Shown here piece by piece: positions 51,294 to 61,745 of a DNA stretch of 64,000 nucleotides (the stretch's first letter is position 1; every line of letters begins with the position of its first letter). The stretch is from the NCBI GenBank assembly GCA_963790475.1, contig CAWBOS010000012.1:864001-928000 (forward strand), read 5' to 3'. The position numbers and the translations under genes are program-made. This DNA is from an uncultured delta proteobacterium (lineage in GTDB: Bacteria; Desulfobacterota; RBG-13-43-22). A model generated the notes under the pieces. It was not told the DNA's origin and made no database searches. It saw only the letters and a program-made list of their open reading frames with translations.

Positions 51294-53018
51294 ATGAAAA
51301 AAGGTTTTCGGAAAATGATGTTATCCTTATTGGTTCTTTCAACCTTACTATTATTCGGGGTGTTAGTTTCAGGAGTCAGTGCGGCCGAGAAAGTGGTACC
51401 GGGCGGTACCTTGACTTACACGGATTTGGCTCCAGGCATTAACGCGCTGACCTGGGACTCTGAAGATTGGCAGTGGAAACACGGCTATGACACAGGCTTT
51501 GTCATGGAGCACCTCCTCATGGGGGATCTCCAGAAAGGGCCGAGAGGCTCCAAAAAAACCACCTTCGAGAACAACGCCTGGATACCACCAGATATTATGA
51601 CCGGCGAGCTTCTGGAGAAATGGGAAGTCAAGAAAAAACCACCCATGAAGATCATCTTGCACCTCCGCAAAGGGGTTATGTGGCAGGAGAAGCCCGGAGT
51701 CATGAAGGCCAGGGAGCTGGTGGCCGATGATGTGGTTTACGCCATCAACCGCATCAAGAACTCTCCTAAGGCTATTCCCCTCTACATGGATTTTGTCGGG
51801 AAAATGGAAACCCCCGACAAATATACGGTGGTCGTCAATTTGACCGAGTGGTGTGCAGACTGGCATTACCGCATGGGTTGGGGATATTACGACGGCATCC
51901 AGGCCCCGGAGCAGGAAAAGGCCCCGGGCGGGCCGAAACAATGGCAAAACCTCTGCGGCACCGGACCTTATATGCTCACGGAATATAAGGAAGGCCATGA
52001 CCAGACCTACAGCAAAAACCCGAACTACTGGGGCTATGAGACCATCAATGGCCAGAAATATCATCTGCCCCTTAACGACAAGGTGATCATGATGATCATC
52101 AGGGATGATTCCACCCGGAATTCCGCCTTAAGGACCGGCAAGCTCGATCTGGTGATGGGCATTGACTGGAAATACTACGCCGACCTTAAGAAAAACTGCC
52201 CTCAGTTGCAATGGGCCCGTCATCTTGGGACCGGCAACCTTACGATGGCCATGCGCATGGACCGGAAGCCCTTTAACGATATTCGGGTTAGACGAGCCCT
52301 GAACCTGGCCATCAACAAACAGGAGATGATCGCCTCCTTTTGGGGTGGTAATGCTGAATTGCACACCTACCCCTTCCCTCCTTCTTTCAAGGATGTGTAC
52401 GTCCCGCTGGACAAACTGCCCCCCTCGATCAAGGAGCTGTACACTTACAATCCGGAAAAAGCCAAAAAACTCCTGGCTGAGGCCGGTTACCCCAACGGTT
52501 TTACCTTCAAGGCTCAGGTTTACAGTGAAAGCCAAACCTTACTGGACGAGGCCGCTATAGTGTCCGCCTACCTGGCCAAGGTGGGTGTCAAGATGGAGCT
52601 GGAGACTATGGATTACCCTTCTTATCTGAGTAAGATGTTAAGAAAGCAGAACGCCGATGGGTATTTCTTTGCCAATGACCACGGTGGACCCTATTCGGGA
52701 ATCCGGAAAAACTTCCTGACCGGTCAGACCTGGAACCCTCACATGATGAGCGACCCTTATGTGGACAAGAAATGGGATGAGATAGTTCAAAACCCGAAAC
52801 TTACCGACAAGACCGCCGCTGTCGAATTAAAAAAACTTACTCTTTATATTATGAACCAGGTGCCCGCCATAATTCTTCCCACTGCCTACTTCTATACCGC
52901 CTGGTGGCCCTGGGTGAAGAATTATTACGGGGAAATCCGTGTGGGTGCCCACCGGGCCGCCCCGATCCTGGCCCGCGTCTGGATCGACCAGGATATGAAG
53001 AAAAAATTGGGCTATTAA
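51294..53018 (+). CDS. Family 5 (peptide/nickel-type) ABC substrate-binding protein, orphan
   Basis: Signal peptide; LRKGV.W, ADDVVY, GTGPY, D.RVRRALNLAIN, AKKLLAEAGY. Confidence 0.95.
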   Translation: MKKGFRKMMLSLLVLSTLLLFGVLVSGVSAAEKVVPGGTLTYTDLAPGINALTWDSEDWQWKHGYDTGFVMEHLLMGDLQKGPRGSKKTTFENNAWIPPDIMTGELLEKWEVKKKPPMKIILHLRKGVMWQEKPGVMKARELVADDVVYAINRIKNSPKAIPLYMDFVGKMETPDKYTVVVNLTEWCADWHYRMGWGYYDGIQAPEQEKAPGGPKQWQNLCGTGPYMLTEYKEGHDQTYSKNPNYWGYETINGQKYHLPLNDKVIMMIIRDDSTRNSALRTGKLDLVMGIDWKYYADLKKNCPQLQWARHLGTGNLTMAMRMDRKPFNDIRVRRALNLAINKQEMIASFWGGNAELHTYPFPPSFKDVYVPLDKLPPSIKELYTYNPEKAKKLLAEAGYPNGFTFKAQVYSESQTLLDEAAIVSAYLAKVGVKMELETMDYPSYLSKMLRKQNADGYFFANDHGGPYSGIRKNFLTGQTWNPHMMSDPYVDKKWDEIVQNPKLTDKTAAVELKKLTLYIMNQVPAIILPTAYFYTAWWPWVKNYYGEIRVGAHRAAPILARVWIDQDMKKKLGY

Positions 53019-53041
53019 TTAATCGGAAACCGCCAGCCGGG

Positions 53042-53072
53042 GGCAGGGTCAGAAATGGCCCTGCCTTCTTTT
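53042..53072 (+). terminator. Intrinsic terminator
   Basis: ggcagggtc-agaaat-ggccctgcc followed by T tract. Confidence 0.7.
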
Positions 53073-53131
53073 ATCCACATTTCAAGTCGATGAAATAATA
53101 AATTTATATCTTGTGGAATAGCCCCACCTTA

Positions 53132-53162
53132 AAAATACGGCATCTTTTCCTTCAAAATACAG
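53132..53162 (+). promoter_or_regulatory. Direct repeat AAAATACRG x2, 22-bp period
   Basis: Matches 10430-10461. Confidence 0.5.
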
Positions 53163-53293
53163 TCTTGCTTATATTCCCTTATTGGCCCAATTTAAGCAAT
53201 TTAATAACTTGAAAGTGTTTTTCAATCGGTAATTTGATATCTTTTTTTTCATTAGGCTTTACTCGGAGTGGATTTATTAAGAAAAGGCTAATA

Positions 53294-53896
53294 ATGAATA
53301 CTCCAATTAAGATCCTACACATCGACCCCGGTTTTAAAGTTACCTATTTTATTATAGATTCCGGAGGTACAAACTGTTCTCTTGTTTCATCCGAACAGGC
53401 CATACAACTCCTGGAAACCGAGGAATTCGATTTGATTCTTTCAGAACCCGACAATAAGGCGATCATGAAACCTCAAGCTGATTCTTTAACCATGGATAAC
53501 AAGATCCGCATCCTGATCGTCGATGACAATCCCATTCTCCGAGAGGGATTAAAGTCCGTTCTTTCCCATTCCCCAAATTTCGATATCGTCGGTGAAGCCG
53601 CCGATGGTTTTGAGGCCATTGATTCCGTCAACAAATTTCATCCCGACCTGGTTTTGATGGATCTATCCATGCCCAGGATGGACGGCATAGCCGCTACCAG
53701 GGAAATCAAGAAACAATGGCCGGGAACTAAAATCCTGGTTTTCACCATTCATAAATCTCCCGAATACCGGACAGCGGTCTTAAATGCCGGGGCAGATGGC
53801 TATCTTAACAAAGATTCTTCCCAAGTCGAATTGATTCAATCCATCCATGATGTCCTGGAAGGAAAGCAAGGGCTCCCTGCGAACATCAGGGAATAG
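53294..53896 (+). CDS. Response regulator: degenerate half-receiver plus NarL-type receiver, no output domain
   Basis: KILHID...FDLILSE remnant, then ILIVDD...PDLVLMDLSMPRMDG. Confidence 0.85.
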   Translation: MNTPIKILHIDPGFKVTYFIIDSGGTNCSLVSSEQAIQLLETEEFDLILSEPDNKAIMKPQADSLTMDNKIRILIVDDNPILREGLKSVLSHSPNFDIVGEAADGFEAIDSVNKFHPDLVLMDLSMPRMDGIAATREIKKQWPGTKILVFTIHKSPEYRTAVLNAGADGYLNKDSSQVELIQSIHDVLEGKQGLPANIRE

Positions 53897-54290
53897 GGCT
53901 CACTCTGATCCTTGCTTTATTTCCTCGTCGCCACTTGAGGAAACAAGAGGGCTTCTTCCCGACCTCTTCTTTTTGAATTTTGACTGGCCATGCCGGATTT
54001 CCAACAGAAATCCTTCATTACTCTAAATTTGGTTAGACCAAAAATATAGTCGCCATTTCAATCAAATACCGAATTCACTTTATTTTATTTATTACCAAAA
54101 GGTTTAGATTGGTCTCAAGGGTTAAAGGGGAAAAGGGATCAGCTCTCAGGAAAGGAGAGATGAATCATGAAAATTTCAGCAGGAAATCCTTTTCCTTGAC
54201 AAATCCTTAGACCCCTACTTATATTTTATAGACCATAATAACAGTTTTAACTAAACAAAAAGTCCGACACCAGAAGGAGGAAGAACCGAC

Positions 54291-54497
54291 ATGAAGAAAA
54301 AATGTGATTCCTGCGGAGTGGATTATCTTGAGGATGAAGGTTGGGTGGAATGTCCTGATTGCGGAAAATTTTACTGCCTCCATTGCACCGACAAAATGAG
54401 AGAGGAAAGCAGAAAAATAGAAAAACTCAGGGAAGGAGATGCCTATACACGCATTCAAATCCTTTGCCCGAGTTGCTCCGTCGAAATGCTCCGCTGA
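54291..54497 (+). CDS. Small protein with four CxxC motifs (zinc-finger-like)
   Basis: AAGGAGG RBS; CDSC, CPDC, CLHC, CPSC. Confidence 0.75.
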   Translation: MKKKCDSCGVDYLEDEGWVECPDCGKFYCLHCTDKMREESRKIEKLREGDAYTRIQILCPSCSVEMLR

Positions 54498-54607
54498 TGT
54501 TTTTCTGCGGGAATTGGAGCTCCCTGTGCCAAGTCGCAGGTCCGCCAAAGCAGGATTTCATGACAGGGAAATGTTTAGTGTCGAAATTGCCGGAATGTCC
54601 GGGGTGA
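54497..54607 (+). CDS. Putative 36-aa Cys-rich microprotein
   Basis: TGATG overlap with the upstream gene; MFFCGNWSSLCQVAGPPKQDFMTGKCLVSKLPECPG fills the gap to the next gene. Confidence 0.35.
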   Translation: MFFCGNWSSLCQVAGPPKQDFMTGKCLVSKLPECPG

Positions 54608-54627
54608 AGAATAGACAGGAACAGTAT

Positions 54628-54867
54628 ATGAGCCTTGATCCGGAAATCATCCTCGAAAACAAGAAGATCAAGACCTTGCGTCTTCTGGTGGATTCGGCCT
54701 GCATGATGCTAAGCCGAGGAAATTTGAACCGAGAGGAATCCTGGGAGATGGTGGAGAAGGTCAAGCAGTGGGCCATGATCTTATTTCCCGGGAAAGAGGA
54801 CACTTTTGATTTGATTTACTTTTCTCGTTTTCGTCGGATTATTGAAGAGCGATATCCCCTTTATTAA
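54628..54867 (+). CDS. Small helical hypothetical protein
   Basis: AGGA RBS; E.KKI..LR..VD...LFPGKE.TFDLIY..RF.R pattern. Confidence 0.75.
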   Translation: MSLDPEIILENKKIKTLRLLVDSACMMLSRGNLNREESWEMVEKVKQWAMILFPGKEDTFDLIYFSRFRRIIEERYPLY

Positions 54868-55206
54868 TAGATTTCTTTCGGCTTACGATGGTCATAAAAG
54901 AGGGGACATTATCCATCCATTCATAAAGTTAATAAGCAAACAGGGACCTTCTTGCATTAGCTGAATTGATATCTAATGGCCCGAATAGAATAGACTCGGA
55001 ATCATCTAACCGTTGGACCCCGCCACCACCGGCCAAAAGAAAACCCTTCGATTCCTGCATGAATCGAGAAGGGATGTTCTCCGCTCCCTGTTTTCCGCAC
55101 TGCTTTTCTCCTTGCCCCAGTCTTTTTCTTATCTTATACTCTTTCCAAAAAAAGTTCTTATTAACGAATCCGAGAAGGATTGCCGAGAAAGAGAGAGGTG
55201 AGGGAA

Positions 55207-55970
55207 ATGGCTGAGCTGAAGGTATGGGACGACGGACAACCCTTTTACTTCAAGGGAAACTCCACGGGGTCCTGGTGATCCATGGCTTCACCGGCTGCAC
55301 CCAGAGCATGTTGCCTTACGGAAAAGCACTGGCGGCCAGGGGTTACACGGTGCTGGGACCGCGCCTGCCGGGGCACGGCACCACGGTGGAGGACATGGCC
55401 TTCCGAAAGTATAGCGAGTGGACCGGTGAGGCGGAGCGGGCCTTGCAGGAACTTTCCGGCCAGTGTGACCGGGTCTTCGTGACCGGCCTGTCCATGGGGG
55501 GCACCATCACCCTGCACCTTGCGGCCCGCTTCGGTGATAAGATCGCGGGCATTATTCCCGTAAACGCCCTGGCCCTCACCGAACCCTTGCTGCGGCTAAC
55601 CCCCCTGCTCAAATATCTACTGAAGACGCGGCCGGGGGTGGGAAGCGACATCAAGAAGCCGGAGGCCAAGGAATCCTGTTACGACCAGGTGCCCGTTGCT
55701 GCCGCTTATGAGCTGACCAGGCTGTTAAAGGTGACCAGGGAAGGCCTGCCGCGCATCGGCGTGCCGGCCCTGATCATCGCCTCGCGTGAGGACCACGTGG
55801 TGCGGGAACCGGCCAACGCCGAATACATCATGGCCAACCTCGCCTCGAAGGACAAGAAGATTCTGTGGCTGGAAAACTCTTATCACGTGGCTACCCTGGA
55901 CAACGATGCGGAACTCATCTTCGAGGAAGCCGCGGAATTTATCGAGAGGTATTCGGTTCCCGTTGTCTAA
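55207..55970 (+). pseudogene. Carboxylesterase/monoglyceride lipase (alpha/beta hydrolase) with a 1-nt frameshift near the start
   Basis: RBS and ATG 55207 give MAELKVWDDGQPFYFKGNSTG; one more G at 55266-55269 joins it to VLVIHGFTG; GLSMGG, D and H triad intact. Confidence 0.8.
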
Positions 55971-55992
55971 TCAGGAAAGGATGGCGGCTTTT

Positions 55993-56562
55993 ATGAAGGT
56001 TTTGGGTATTGTCTGCAGCCCCAGAGAGGGCGGGAATACGGAGATTTTGGTCAGGGAGGCCCTGGAAGGTGTTCGCGAGGCCGGAGGTGACCCCGAGTTG
56101 GTTCTGCTGGCGGATAAGGAGATCGCCCCCTGTAATGCCTGCGCCGGGTGCCTGGAGGACGGTCAATGTATTATTGAGGATGACATGCAGGATATCTACA
56201 AAAAACTGGAAGCGGCCGACGGATTGATTTTCGGCACGCCGGTCTATTTCCTCAACGTCAGCGCCCAGGCCAAGGCGGTCATGGACCGGACCTATGGGTT
56301 TCTGCGGACGGGAAAGTTGAAGGGGAAGGTGGCGGCGGCCATCATCGCGGCCAGAAGGGTAGGGGCCGGTCAGGTGCTGAGCCTGTTGTACACCTTCTTC
56401 TCGGTTCACCGGATGATCATGGCCGGAGGAGGGATAGGCTACGGGAGAGAAAAGGGTGAAGTGAGAGAAGGACCGGGGGGATCGCCCGGAGTGACGGCCC
56501 TGCAAGAGGCCCGGGCCGTGGGAAAAAATGTGGTCAGGATGGCCAGACGTTTAGGGGCCTGA
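55993..56562 (+). CDS. Iron-sulfur flavoprotein (flavodoxin/FMN reductase family)
   Basis: SPR.GGNT, CxxCxxCx5C, DDM, GTPVYF, MDR. Confidence 0.92.
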   Translation: MKVLGIVCSPREGGNTEILVREALEGVREAGGDPELVLLADKEIAPCNACAGCLEDGQCIIEDDMQDIYKKLEAADGLIFGTPVYFLNVSAQAKAVMDRTYGFLRTGKLKGKVAAAIIAARRVGAGQVLSLLYTFFSVHRMIMAGGGIGYGREKGEVREGPGGSPGVTALQEARAVGKNVVRMARRLGA

Positions 56563-56610
56563 AAGGCACAGGTGGGTAGGGATGGGGCCGGCCAGGCAAA
56601 CGGTAAATCC

Positions 56611-57363
56611 ATGAAGGCAAAAATGCTCGACCTGTCCGCGCTGAGCAGGACCTACGGGGATATGATCGCTGTGGATGGGGTCTCATTCGATGTCCGGGTC
56701 AACGAGATCGTCGGTCTCCTGGGTCCCAACGGCGCCGGCAAGACCACGATCATCAACATGATTCTCGGGGTTCTTGAACCCGGCGCCGGGAAGATACATA
56801 TCGAAGACCTGGATATTTTGGCTAACCGTTCTCAGGCGCTGGAGCGCACGAATTTCGCCGCTGTTTACGCACCGCTTCCCGGCAACCTGACGGTCCGTCA
56901 GAATTTGTATGTCTTTGGCCTGATTTACGGGGTCAGGGACCTTTCCAGCCGTATCGATGAACTGCTGTTTCAGTTCGATTTAAAAGCCTTTGAAAAGGTA
57001 AAATGCGGTCTGCTTTCCTCGGGAGAGCAGACGCGCGTCGGGCTGGCCAAAGCGCTTCTGAACCGCCCCAACCTCTTACTTTTAGACGAGCCCACGGCCT
57101 CCCTGGATCCCTCTTCCGCCCGTGACATTCGGAACAAGATTCGGGAATATTGCGCTCAAGACACGGTTGGCGTGTTGTGGACCTCGCACAACATGCATGA
57201 AGTGCAGGAGGTCTGCAGCCGCGTCCTTTTCCTTTCCCGCGGGAAAATTCTGCTGGAAGGTGATCCCAGGACCCTTCCGGCCGAACACGGCAAAGAGACC
57301 TTGGAGGATCTTTTTATCGCCGTGGCCCGTGAACCGCTGACTCTGGGGAAAGCCCCGGCATGA
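56611..57363 (+). CDS. ABC-2 transporter ATP-binding protein
   Basis: GPNGAGKT, LSSGE, LLDEPT. Confidence 0.93.
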   Translation: MKAKMLDLSALSRTYGDMIAVDGVSFDVRVNEIVGLLGPNGAGKTTIINMILGVLEPGAGKIHIEDLDILANRSQALERTNFAAVYAPLPGNLTVRQNLYVFGLIYGVRDLSSRIDELLFQFDLKAFEKVKCGLLSSGEQTRVGLAKALLNRPNLLLLDEPTASLDPSSARDIRNKIREYCAQDTVGVLWTSHNMHEVQEVCSRVLFLSRGKILLEGDPRTLPAEHGKETLEDLFIAVAREPLTLGKAPA

Positions 57364-58163
57364 ACATCACCCGCGTATCAGCCATCGTGCTTCGGCAGTT
57401 CTATCTTATCCGAGGCAGCTTTTCACGCGTGGTGCCGTTGTTTGTCTGGGTCGGTCTCGACATCGTCCTCTGGGGGTTTATTACCAAGTATCTGAATTCC
57501 GTTGCCAATAGCGGCTTTAATTTCGTCCCGGTCCTTCTCAGCACGGTCCTTCTGTGGGATTTTTTCGCGCGGGTGATGCAGGGAGTGACCATGGCCTTTT
57601 TTGAAGATGTCTGGTCCAGAAACTTCCTGAATTTTTTTGCCACACCGCTTTCCATGTCCGAATATGTAAGCGGCCTGGTCATCACCAGCATTCTGACCAG
57701 CTCCGTCGGGCTTATGGTTATGCTGCTGATGGCCATCCTGGTCTTCGGGCTCTCCTTTTTTTCCTATGGTCCGGTGCTCATACCGTTTCTTCTGATTCTA
57801 TTTATGTTCGGTATCGCCTTGGGTATTTTCGCCTGCGCCATGGTACTGCGGCTTGGGCCATCGGCGGAATGGTTTGTCTGGCCCATTCCCGCTCTTATTT
57901 CACCTTTCGCGGGGGTGTTCTATCCCCTGTCGACACTTCCTCAATGGATGCAAACTATATCCCATATACTCCCGCCGGCCTATGTGTTTGAGAGCGTCAG
58001 GGCGATCGTCTCCGGCCGCGCCTTCCCGGGAATTTATCTGATCGCCGGTATCGGTCTGGATGTCCTTTATATCCTGCTGGCCTATCTGTTTTTTTCCCGC
58101 ACCTACCGGTATGCGGTGAGAACCGGGCTCATTGCCCGGTACAGTGCCGAAAGTGTGAGTTAG
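57360..58163 (+). CDS. ABC-2 transporter permease
   Basis: Six TM helices; GVFYPLSTLP.W; ATGA overlap. Confidence 0.92.
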   Translation: MNITRVSAIVLRQFYLIRGSFSRVVPLFVWVGLDIVLWGFITKYLNSVANSGFNFVPVLLSTVLLWDFFARVMQGVTMAFFEDVWSRNFLNFFATPLSMSEYVSGLVITSILTSSVGLMVMLLMAILVFGLSFFSYGPVLIPFLLILFMFGIALGIFACAMVLRLGPSAEWFVWPIPALISPFAGVFYPLSTLPQWMQTISHILPPAYVFESVRAIVSGRAFPGIYLIAGIGLDVLYILLAYLFFSRTYRYAVRTGLIARYSAESVS

Positions 58164-58488
58164 TGCTGAATGAGAAAGGGAGAATTATTCCATGAATCTC
58201 CAGAAAGTCGGTGGAATGGTTGGGGGTAGACCATCCGAAGGGATCGAAATCCCGAGGAGATACATGAAAATTGAAGGGTAAAAAGAACCTTTCAAGTAGA
58301 AGGTCAAGGCCAAGAGACAATGGATAATTCTTACCAAATCGGATTTAGCAGGCCATCTGCTTCTATATGTTCAATACAATTAAAGAGGCGGGGCCGGGCC
58401 CACCCCATACTATGAACCTGATTGCTCGAAAAGTGGTTCCGGGTGATGGCCATAGAATGCTGCCCCGAGAACTAGTGGTGATGAGACC

Positions 58489-58806
58489 ATGGCGGTGAGT
58501 CGTTTAATCTTGCTTGAGGGAATGATCGGTTCGGGTAAGACTACTACGGCGGCCAACATCGGGAAATGGCTGGCCGATCAAGGTGACGCTGCCCACGTCT
58601 ATCATGAATTTGCGGACGACCATCCGATCCGCACCAAAGCCGTGACCTCCTCCGGGCAACCTTTCCCGAAGGCATTGTTTCCCAGGCGGTGAGCAGAGAG
58701 GACGAGCCGGTGCCAGTCCCTTCCGCGTATTCGTTTGGCCAATGGGGCGAACTGGCCGAGCGATGCCGCAATGCCCAACAGACTATCATTTTGGAAAGCA
58801 CATTCC
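58489..58806 (+). pseudogene. P-loop kinase-like gene fragment
   Basis: LILLEGMIGSGKTT Walker A; frameshifted and cut at the copA junction. Confidence 0.6.
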
Positions 58807-58809
58807 TTA

Positions 58810-60295
58810 GGTACAGCCCGGCGACACCTTGCGCGTTCGTCCCGGCGAGAAAGTAGCGGTCGATGGTACGGTCATTGAGGGGGAAAGTAGCGTAGACGAA
58901 TCCCTGGTTACCGGGGAACCCATCCCGGTAGCCAAGTCCGCCGGTGAGAAACTCATCGGCGCGACGGTTAATGGGACGGGCAGTTTGTTAATGCGGGCCG
59001 AAAAAGTGGGCTCCGACACCTTGCTGGCGCAAATTGTAAATATGGTGGCCGAAGCCCAACGCTCGCGAGCACCATTCAAAAATTGGCTGATGTTGTGGCC
59101 GGTTATTTTGTACCTAGCCGTGGTTGGCGTGGCCGTGGCCGCATTTGTCGTCTGGTGGGTGTGGGGACCGGAACCGCGCCTGGCCCGTGCCCTCGTTAAT
59201 GCCGTTGCCGTACTTATCATTGCCTGTCCCTGCGTGCTGGGACTGGCCACCTTTATTTCTGTCATGGTGGGAACAGATCGGGGGGCCATGGCCGGGGTCT
59301 TAATAAAGAATGCCGAAGTGCTGGAGATCATGGAAAAAATCGATACCCTGGTTGTGGACAAAACCGGTACGTTGACCGAAGGCAAACCCAAGCTGATCGC
59401 CGTGCAAGCCGAAGCAGGGTTTACCGAGGATGAAATACTACCTATAGCCGCCAGCCTCGAACGGGCCAGCGAACATCCTCTGGCGGAAGCGATTGTCCAG
59501 GGAGCGGAAGAAAAAGGGATTGAGCTGGTTAAGGCCAATACCTTCCAGTCCATTACCGGGAAAGGCGTGACCGGTGAAGTTAAAGGAATTACGGTGGCGG
59601 CCGGTAACCTAACCCTTCTGGAAAGCCTGGGTATCGACGCGGGAGGCTTATCGCAGTGAGCGGATAAACTACGCCTCGAGGGCCAGACGGTTATGCTGGT
59701 GGCTATGAATGGCAAAGCCGCGGGTTTGATCGGCGTCGCTGACCCCATCAAAGAATCCACAGCCGAAGCCATTCGCGATCTGCATGAAGAAGGTATCAAG
59801 ATGGTGATGCTTACCGGTGACAATCAGACCACCGCGAACGCCGTTGCCGGCAAACTGGGGATCGACCAGGTACGGGCCGAGGTATTGCCCGAACAAAAAA
59901 CGGAACTCATCAAGCAGCTTCAAGCCGATGGTCGTATCGTGGCCATGGCCGGTGACGGTATTAACGATGTCCCGGCGCTGGCCCAGGCCCAAGTCGGTAT
60001 CGCCATGGGTACCGGTACCGATGTGGCCATAGAAAGTGCCGATGTCACTCTGATCAAAGGCGATTTGCGGGGTATCGTCCGAGCCAGACGATTAAGCCGG
60101 GCCACCCTGCGTAATATCCGACAGAATTTATTTTTTGCCTTTGTTTATAACACGGTGGGCGTTCCGATTGCCGCGGGAGTGTTGTATCCATTCTTTGGGA
60201 TACTGTTGTCACCCATTATCGCGGCTGCGGCCATGAGCCTTAGCTCGGTTTCCGTGATCAGCCATTCACTCCGGCTCAGGCGGGTGCAATTATAA
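58810..60295 (+). pseudogene. copA: Cu(I) P1B-ATPase remnant
   Basis: TGEP, ACPC, DKTGT, SEHP, GDGIND, YN motifs; N-terminus missing, compensating frameshifts near 59072 and 59116, TGA at 59657. Confidence 0.9.
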
Positions 60296-60497
60296 GAAGT
60301 GGGAAAAATTCAGCCTTCATAGCCTTAATAGGAGGCGGAGTAGAGGCGAAGCTTAATTTTTTTTTAAAAAATATAGGTTGATCCCACACTGTTTATGATG
60401 AATTGTTAAGCCATCTCCAGAGTGAACTGATTGATGGACTTCAATCCCGTACAATGCCGGGGAACGATATAGTACTCCCTGTCTGTTCCTAAAGTTT

Positions 60498-60640
60498 GAG
60501 ACCCTTGAAAAAACGTCCCCTTTTGCCCAATCTTTTCGTCAGACTCAAATTTTAATTCTCGAAATACTAAATGTATTCCTATGGTTAAAATCTTCGTCTT
60601 CCTCAACCCTGGACGAAATTGAACGTTTTTCAAAGGTCTC
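60498..60640 (-). repeat. MITE-like element, family E
   Basis: Reverse-complement homologue of 35211-35352; TIR gagacccttgaaaa...ttttcaaaggtctc. Confidence 0.8.
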
Positions 60641-60659
60641 AGTTGCCGGAATTATGACC

Positions 60660-61745
60660 TTATTTGTATTGTGAGAAATCCACTCCTCGGGCCCGGCCCC
60701 TTTCTTCAAACCAGGCCTCTTCATTGAACGGAGGCGGCACTCGTTGGTCCTGTCCTTTATGAACCAATTGAATGGCCTCACCGGAGCAGGTGCTGATGCA
60801 AAGACCGCAACCGATACATTTTTCCTGAATGATCCGGTAGGACTCCTCTTCTTCTTCAATGGCCCCGACCTGACATCGTTCATCGGCGCATATCCCGCAT
60901 TGGAGACATTTTTCCGGATCGATCTCGGCGTAATAATGGGAATTGATGACCTTTGAAGCCGGAATCCCTAATTTGTTGATGCCATCCAGCACCCCGCAGC
61001 AACATTTACAGCAATTGCAGATATAGAAATTGCCTCCCTGGACATTGGAAGTCAGGTGGACCAGTCCCAGTTCTTCCGTTTTCTTCAATAAGTCACAGGC
61101 CTCTTCTTTGGTCAGCACCCGGCCCCCGGGGAATTTATCGAAAATTCCGGGTAGGGGGGCTAAGGCCAAACAGACCTGCAGCGGGCGGTCGCAAGGGTGG
61201 CCTAACAAGGCCTGTTCTTTTTTACAGATACAGTCACTGACCAAAAATGATTGACTCTGGTCAATAAGGGTGGAAACCTTTTCATAGGACAGGGCTTCCT
61301 GTTGAACGGAGATTTCTTTTTCGACAGGCAGCACCTGCATCAGTTGAGGTGTTTTTGAATAAAATTGCCGGCCATAAACCGGCCCATATTCCTCATTCAG
61401 TGTGGCAAATTCCTTATCCAAATGGTTAAGTTGAAACTCATATATCCCAAAAACCCAGGGCAGCATCCTGAAAAATCGTGACTCTTCCAACCGCAAGGCA
61501 AAGATCTGCCCGGCTTCCCCCATGGCCAGTAACCCTTCTTCCAATCCTTCCAGAGGGCGTCCTGTCCTCTGGGCGATCTGCTCGGCTGTTTCAAAGGTCA
61601 ACCTCAGGTCGCAAAAAAGATCGGCTTGTTCCGGGGTAAAAATCTTTTTTAAAAGGTCAATCTCGACACCGGTATCCGTAGCCGGAAACCCGTTCGGTAA
61701 GGTATCCAGGACTCGGGCCAATTTATAATACGCTTCGTCCGCCAT
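60660..61745 (-). CDS. 4Fe-4S dicluster-domain protein
   Basis: CICKK..C, ICNCCKCCC, C-terminal CxxCxxC...C ferredoxin pair. Confidence 0.9.
   Translation of the reverse strand: MADEAYYKLARVLDTLPNGFPATDTGVEIDLLKKIFTPEQADLFCDLRLTFETAEQIAQRTGRPLEGLEEGLLAMGEAGQIFALRLEESRFFRMLPWVFGIYEFQLNHLDKEFATLNEEYGPVYGRQFYSKTPQLMQVLPVEKEISVQQEALSYEKVSTLIDQSQSFLVSDCICKKEQALLGHPCDRPLQVCLALAPLPGIFDKFPGGRVLTKEEACDLLKKTEELGLVHLTSNVQGGNFYICNCCKCCCGVLDGINKLGIPASKVINSHYYAEIDPEKCLQCGICADERCQVGAIEEEEESYRIIQEKCIGCGLCISTCSGEAIQLVHKGQDQRVPPPFNEEAWFEERGRARGVDFSQYK

Noticed and set aside
59657-59659. In-frame TGA in copA as selenocysteine
   Set aside because: Not a Cys position, and the gene is also truncated and frameshifted; a plain nonsense mutation is likelier.
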